DNA from: an uncultured Collinsella sp.
Lineage (GTDB): Bacteria > Actinomycetota > Coriobacteriia > Coriobacteriales > Coriobacteriaceae
Reading direction: 5' to 3'
NCBI GenBank assembly: GCA_958439425.1
Contig: CAUBVH010000009.1
Span: 8,770 to 72,769 of the forward strand
DNA length: 64,000 nucleotides
Under the pieces are notes generated by a model. It saw only the letters and a list, made by a program, of their open reading frames with translations, did not search any database and was not told where the DNA came from. This document shows, one piece after another, positions 59,717 to 64,000 of the stretch (within the stretch, counting starts at the first letter, position 1; the number at the start of each line of letters is the position of its first letter). Both the position numbers and the translations under genes were made by a program.

Positions 59717-59859
59717 GCGGACGAGTATAGCGCGGGGTGAGGTGAGGGGGCGTCGTCGATGCTCGCGAGTTGCCGAGGCTGCGTGTTGTGCGCGGCGGGC
59801 ACCGACTGAACACCTCGATTACCGCCCCAAGCTCAGCCCCTTCAACCCCTCAAACGACA

Positions 59860-60030
59860 GAAACCCCGGCAGCTCTTCGCAACTGCCGGGGTTTCCGCGG
59901 AAAAGGGGGACATGATCCTCAAGCGAACGGCAAAGGGGCAAACCGTTTTCGCTCAACTGCTTTATGCCCCTCGCTCGCCGGCTTAATCGGCTCACGCCGC
60001 ACCCACACAAAGCCGCTACACCTGTGACGG
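59860..60030 (-). ncRNA. Putative structured small RNA (long imperfect rod plus terminator-like hairpin)
   Basis: Minus-strand nested pairings GGCGTGA/TCATGTC, TTAAGC/GCTTGA, CGGCGA/TTGCCG and AGGGGCA/TGCCCCT, then GAAACCCCGGCAG..CTGCCGGGGTTTC. Confidence 0.3.
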
Positions 60031-60230
60031 AGCTATGAAGTGGTATCTATGCCGGAGCGGGCTATGCCAAGGAGTGTCCCAGATTGCCGGCAGATAAGGA
60101 ACGTCCCCAGGTGCCGGTCGCGGGCGTGACTTTCGTCCCGTTTAATACTCCGCTGACCTAGATGTTCGTCACATGAACCCGCAAACGTGGGACAATGACG
60201 CTACTGGTATCACAGACAAAGGATGTGCCT

Positions 60231-62177
60231 ATGAACGCCCCCGTTGCCAAGACCTGTCGGCAGCGCTGCCCGTTTGCGCGATTTGCTTACATTTGCGCGC
60301 TCGTCGCGTGCGCGCTGCTGCTGCTACCCGCCGTTGCACGTGCCGACGGCTACTCCATGACCCAAACCTATATCGGTGCCACGGTCGAGGCCGATGGATC
60401 GCTGACCGTTGTCGAGGGACGCCAGTTTGATTTCGACGACGACATCAACGGCGTGTTTTGGGAGATCAATACGGGCACCAACCAGCAGGGCGGCACGGCG
60501 GGCGTTGACGTGCTGAGTGTCGAGGAAGAGGACACCGCGTTTAACAAAGTCGATAGCGCGAACAAGGGCGATTCTGGCGTCTACACGGTCGAGCAGGCCG
60601 GTGACGGCGTAAGGATTAAGGTGTTCAGCCCCCACGAGAGCGGCGACAGCGCAATCTACTACGTGAGTTATTCCATGACCGGTGCGGTTATGAACTGGGC
60701 CGATACCGCCGAGCTTTACTGGAAATTTGTGGGTGACGGCTGGTCGGCGGATTCCGATGACGTCGAGATGGAAGTGTATTTCGCAAATGCCGCTGCCGGG
60801 ACGGCTGCCGTCAAGGGCGATAACTTCCGCGCATGGGGCCACGGTCCGCTGACGGGCGACGTGTCGCTCGATGAGGACGAGCCCATGGTCACCTATACCA
60901 TTCCCTGCGTGCATCAGGGCGAATTCGCCGAGGCACGCATCGCCTTCCCCAGCGACTGGGTGCCGCAGCTTGCCGCCTCGGGCGAAGAGCGCATGTCAAC
61001 GATCCTGAGCGAAGAGAAGGAATGGGCCGACGAAGCTAACGCCCGCCGTGAGCACGCGCGTGCGGTTGCCAGCGCGATTGCCGTGGTGTGTGTTGTCGTG
61101 GCGGTTGCCTATACCGGTGTGATCGTGATGCTTAAGCTGCGCAGGCCCAAGCCCAAGCCGCTCTTCCAGGACGAGTACTTCCGCGATGTGCCCTCGGCCG
61201 ACCATCCCGCGGTGCTTGCAGCTCTCATGAGCTGGAACGACGTGCCCGATCAGGCATATATCGCCACGCTTATGAAGCTCACCGACGACCGCGTGATCAA
61301 GCTGGAAGAAGCGACCGAGACCAAGAAGAAGGGTCTGCTCCGTCGCGAAAAAGAGGAGCAGACGTATCGCATCACAGTGACCGACGAGGCCTGGAAGGCT
61401 GCCAAGAAGGACGGCATCGATCGCGATGTGCTCAAGGTCTTCTTCGCCGGCGTTAAGCCCGATAAAGACGGCGTCCGTTCACGCACGTTTAGCGAGCTGG
61501 AGGAGTATGCCAGCGAGCGTACTGAATCTGTTGGCGACAAGCTCGAGGACTATCAGAGCACGGTTAAGGGCAAGCTGGAGACGCGCGAGCTTATCGCCTC
61601 GGACGGCACCATCGCCCTGGTTGCCGGCTTGGTTCTCGGCATCATCATCGTCTTTGGCATTCTGGGCTCTCTGATCTATACCGACTTTGCGGATGCCAAT
61701 GTCGGCGCCGCTATGATCTCGATCCCCGTCACGATCGTGGGCTTTGTTCTGAGCTGCACCTTCCGTCGCTACACGCCGGAGGGCGCCGAGGTGGCGGCTC
61801 GCTGCAAGGCGCTCAAGCATTGGCTCGAGGACTTTACGCGCCTGAAGGAGGCCATTCCCAGCGACCTGATCTTGTGGAACAAACTGCTGGTGATGGGCGT
61901 TGCTCTGGGCGTTTCGAAAGAAGTGCTGCGACAGCTGGCCGAAGCCGTGCCTGCGGACCTGCGCAACAGCGACGATTTCTACGACAACTACCCCTGCTAC
62001 TGGTGGTATTACCATCACTACGGCAACGAGTCCCCACTCGATTCGTTCAACGATGTGTACCACGAGACCATCCGCGAGCTGGCTTCGAGCTCCGACAGCT
62101 CGAGCGGTGGCAGCGGCGGCGGCTTCTCTGGCGGCGGTGGTGGCGACGCCGGCGGAGGCGGCGGCGGAACGTTCTAG
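60231..62177 (+). CDS. DUF2207-like membrane protein
   Basis: Signal peptide, ELYWKFVG, WGHGP, TM helices and the GGGFSGGGGG..GGGF tail. Confidence 0.85.
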   Translation: MNAPVAKTCRQRCPFARFAYICALVACALLLLPAVARADGYSMTQTYIGATVEADGSLTVVEGRQFDFDDDINGVFWEINTGTNQQGGTAGVDVLSVEEEDTAFNKVDSANKGDSGVYTVEQAGDGVRIKVFSPHESGDSAIYYVSYSMTGAVMNWADTAELYWKFVGDGWSADSDDVEMEVYFANAAAGTAAVKGDNFRAWGHGPLTGDVSLDEDEPMVTYTIPCVHQGEFAEARIAFPSDWVPQLAASGEERMSTILSEEKEWADEANARREHARAVASAIAVVCVVVAVAYTGVIVMLKLRRPKPKPLFQDEYFRDVPSADHPAVLAALMSWNDVPDQAYIATLMKLTDDRVIKLEEATETKKKGLLRREKEEQTYRITVTDEAWKAAKKDGIDRDVLKVFFAGVKPDKDGVRSRTFSELEEYASERTESVGDKLEDYQSTVKGKLETRELIASDGTIALVAGLVLGIIIVFGILGSLIYTDFADANVGAAMISIPVTIVGFVLSCTFRRYTPEGAEVAARCKALKHWLEDFTRLKEAIPSDLILWNKLLVMGVALGVSKEVLRQLAEAVPADLRNSDDFYDNYPCYWWYYHHYGNESPLDSFNDVYHETIRELASSSDSSSGGSGGGFSGGGGGDAGGGGGGTF

Positions 62178-62290
62178 CGAGCGCTTGCTTTGGGGTGGAT
62201 CTTTCTGGGCGGTTGCCAGGGAAGATTCATCCCATTTTTGTGCATCGAAACGGGTCAAACTTTCCGCTGAGGACCTTCGCGCAAGGGGCA

Positions 62291-62520
62291 GTGGACAAAA
62301 AATGCCAAATATGAGTACTGTTGCTGCGTTGGTCACATATGTTTGCACATAATAATGGGCTCCTAATGAGAGTACTTCTCGTTAGGAGCCCATTTTATTG
62401 AACATTTGGGGAGTTACGTCAGCTCGTGCAGCTGGTCGTCATGCCTATAAGCATCAAAAATGCCCCGAATCGCTGCTACTAAAAAGGTAACAGTACTCAT
62501 ATTTGATGTATTTTGACCAC
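62291..62520. repeat. MITE/foldback-like element with nested inverted repeats
   Basis: Outer CAAATATGAGTACTGTT / AACAGTACTCATATTTG; inner AATGGGCTCCTAATGAGA / TCTCGTTAGGAGCCCATT. Confidence 0.7.
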
Positions 62521-62542
62521 GGCTATCTACAAACCCCCTAGG

Positions 62543-62614
62543 CCACTCATTAGGGACAGACTTAAATGACTAGTTGTTGGGGATCAGTCATTGGGGACGT
62601 TCTTAAATGACTAG
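62543..62614. repeat. Tandem GGGAC-core repeats
   Basis: TCATTAGGGACAGACTTAAATGACTAG and TCATTGGGGACGTTCTTAAATGACTAG. Confidence 0.7.
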
Positions 62615-62629
62615 GTGTGGCTGCTTGGG

Positions 62630-63271
62630 CTAGGCTGTTAGATCGAGTTCGTAGAGGAAGCTTTCGCGCGGCATGGCGTGGCGGCGCTCTTCGCGGTTGG
62701 CGCGGTGCGTGGCCGTGCGCTTAAAGCCGTGCAACTCGTAGAACTTCCACGAGCAGTTGGAGTCGGTGTACAGGTGCGCCCTCGTCGCTCCAAGCGAGGA
62801 CAGGTGCGAGACTGCGGCATCGAGCAGAACCGTGCCAACGCCCAGGCCATGGACATCGCGATCCACGGCAAGCAGCGTGACCTCGTTGTCGTGCGGCAAC
62901 GGGCTGCTCTCGAGCAGACGGTTGTTGGTTCGGATGGTTGCGCGTACAAACGAGAGATACTCGGCGCAGGCATCGGGCTCCAGCTCACGCATCTGCGATA
63001 GCAGCGCGCGTTCGGTATCCATCCAATGTTCCTTAACGGTGGCGCCGGAGCTCTGTCCCGCACGCGCGAGCGAAATGCCACGCGCCTGACCGTCAATCAC
63101 CGCAACCTGCGAAAACGTCGACGACGAAAGGCAGTAGGCAAGGTCGCACGCGGCTTCGAGGCGGTTGTACTCATCGTTATCCGAGTTGTTGTGCCAAAGC
63201 TGCTGCAAGATCAGCGCGATGGCGTCGAAATCTTCGGTATCAAACGGTCGGTAGAGAACCCGCGAGACCAT
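62630..63271 (-). CDS. GNAT family N-acetyltransferase
   Basis: LLAVD..HGLGVG and LYTD..C.WKFYE..GF motifs. Confidence 0.85.
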   Translation of the reverse strand: MVSRVLYRPFDTEDFDAIALILQQLWHNNSDNDEYNRLEAACDLAYCLSSSTFSQVAVIDGQARGISLARAGQSSGATVKEHWMDTERALLSQMRELEPDACAEYLSFVRATIRTNNRLLESSPLPHDNEVTLLAVDRDVHGLGVGTVLLDAAVSHLSSLGATRAHLYTDSNCSWKFYELHGFKRTATHRANREERRHAMPRESFLYELDLTA

Positions 63272-63549
63272 GGTGCCTCTTTCTATTGCGGATACATATC
63301 GAGCACAGTTCTACCACGCCATTGGCATCTAATTATGGTGCCCCTGTGTTCCATCAACTCACCGTGCCCAGCGGCGCTCTTGCAACCCCCCGCTCGCAAA
63401 CTTTTTCTGCACAGCCGTGCGTTGCGGGATGCAACGTCGCGCTCGATGCGCTACATTGAATCAGTATTTTCAATGCCGCTGCGCGAGCGCTGCAGATCGA
63501 CGTATCACCGACTCACAGAGCACGGCGGCGTACCAGACAGGAGGACTGC

Positions 63550-64000
63550 ATGGGATCTGATGTGAAGATCGCACGCGCGTTGATCTCGGTTACCGATAAG
63601 ACGGGTGTCGTCGATTTCGCACGGACGCTGGTTGATGACTTTGGCGTCGAGATCATCTCTACGGGCGGCACGGCTCGTGCCATCGAGGACGCGGGCGTTC
63701 CCGTAACCCCCATCGAGGAGTTCACGGGCTATCCCGAGATGATGGACGGCCGCGTTAAGACCCTACACCCCAAGGTTCACGGCGCGCTGCTGGCCCGCCG
63801 CGATTCCGAGCAGCACATGCAGGAGGCCGCCCAGCACGGCATTAAGCTGATCGACCTGGTCGTCGTCAACCTGTACGAGTTCGAGAAGACCGTCGCCAAC
63901 CCCGAGGTCACCTTTGCGGATGCCATCGAGCACATCGACATCGGTGGCCCCTCCATGTTGCGCTCTGCCGCCAAGAACGCCGCGAGCGTTACCGTCATCT
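63550..64000 (+). CDS. purH: Bifunctional AICAR transformylase/IMP cyclohydrolase (5' part; runs off the window)
   Basis: Own translation: [42 protein letters not shown]. Confidence 0.95.
   Translation, partial: MGSDVKIARALISVTDKTGVVDFARTLVDDFGVEIISTGGTARAIEDAGVPVTPIEEFTGYPEMMDGRVKTLHPKVHGALLARRDSEQHMQEAAQHGIKLIDLVVVNLYEFEKTVANPEVTFADAIEHIDIGGPSMLRSAAKNAASVTVI

Noticed and set aside
59935..60030. c-di-GMP-I riboswitch suggested by GGCAAACC and CAAAGCC
   Set aside because: The GNRA-capped P2 stem and the spacing do not fit
63400..63549. ZTP (pfl) riboswitch upstream of purH
   Set aside because: The conserved GACTGGCG and CGCCTGGG elements were not found

Overview
High-GC chromosomal window, most consistent with a Coriobacteriia/Collinsella-like gut actinobacterium (inferred from gene content, not verified). 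The left core region (1-22 kb) holds fructosamine-utilisation-like genes, a full his operon with a HisZ-HisG fusion, mazG-eno-ftsB-ppx, tRNA-Leu(TAA) and a two-component system. The right core region (58.7-64 kb) holds gluQ, a DUF2207-like gene, a GNAT and a partial purH. Between them is a ~36 kb accessory island (about 22.15-58.69 kb) with no visible integrase, relaxase or VirB4. Its defence cargo is an AbiE type IV TA pair, an HNH nuclease, an EcoRV-like R-M pair, a WYL regulator with a 1542-aa SF1 helicase carrying a HEPN-like RxxxxH, and a DdmD/DdmE-like helicase-nuclease/Argonaute pair. It also carries a PrgA-like CAP surface protein and three metallophosphoesterases. The best candidate for an undescribed system is a split module: a membrane-anchor-less VirD4/TraG ATPase, an island ClpP, and a ClpX-like ATPase. 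By eye, the ClpX C-terminus and a stand-alone 305-aa protein both resemble the VirD4 all-alpha (substrate-recognition) domain. Each half of the module is headed by a divergent, apparently catalytically degenerate HsdM-HsdS-like gene. All calls come from motif reading only; no searches were run.
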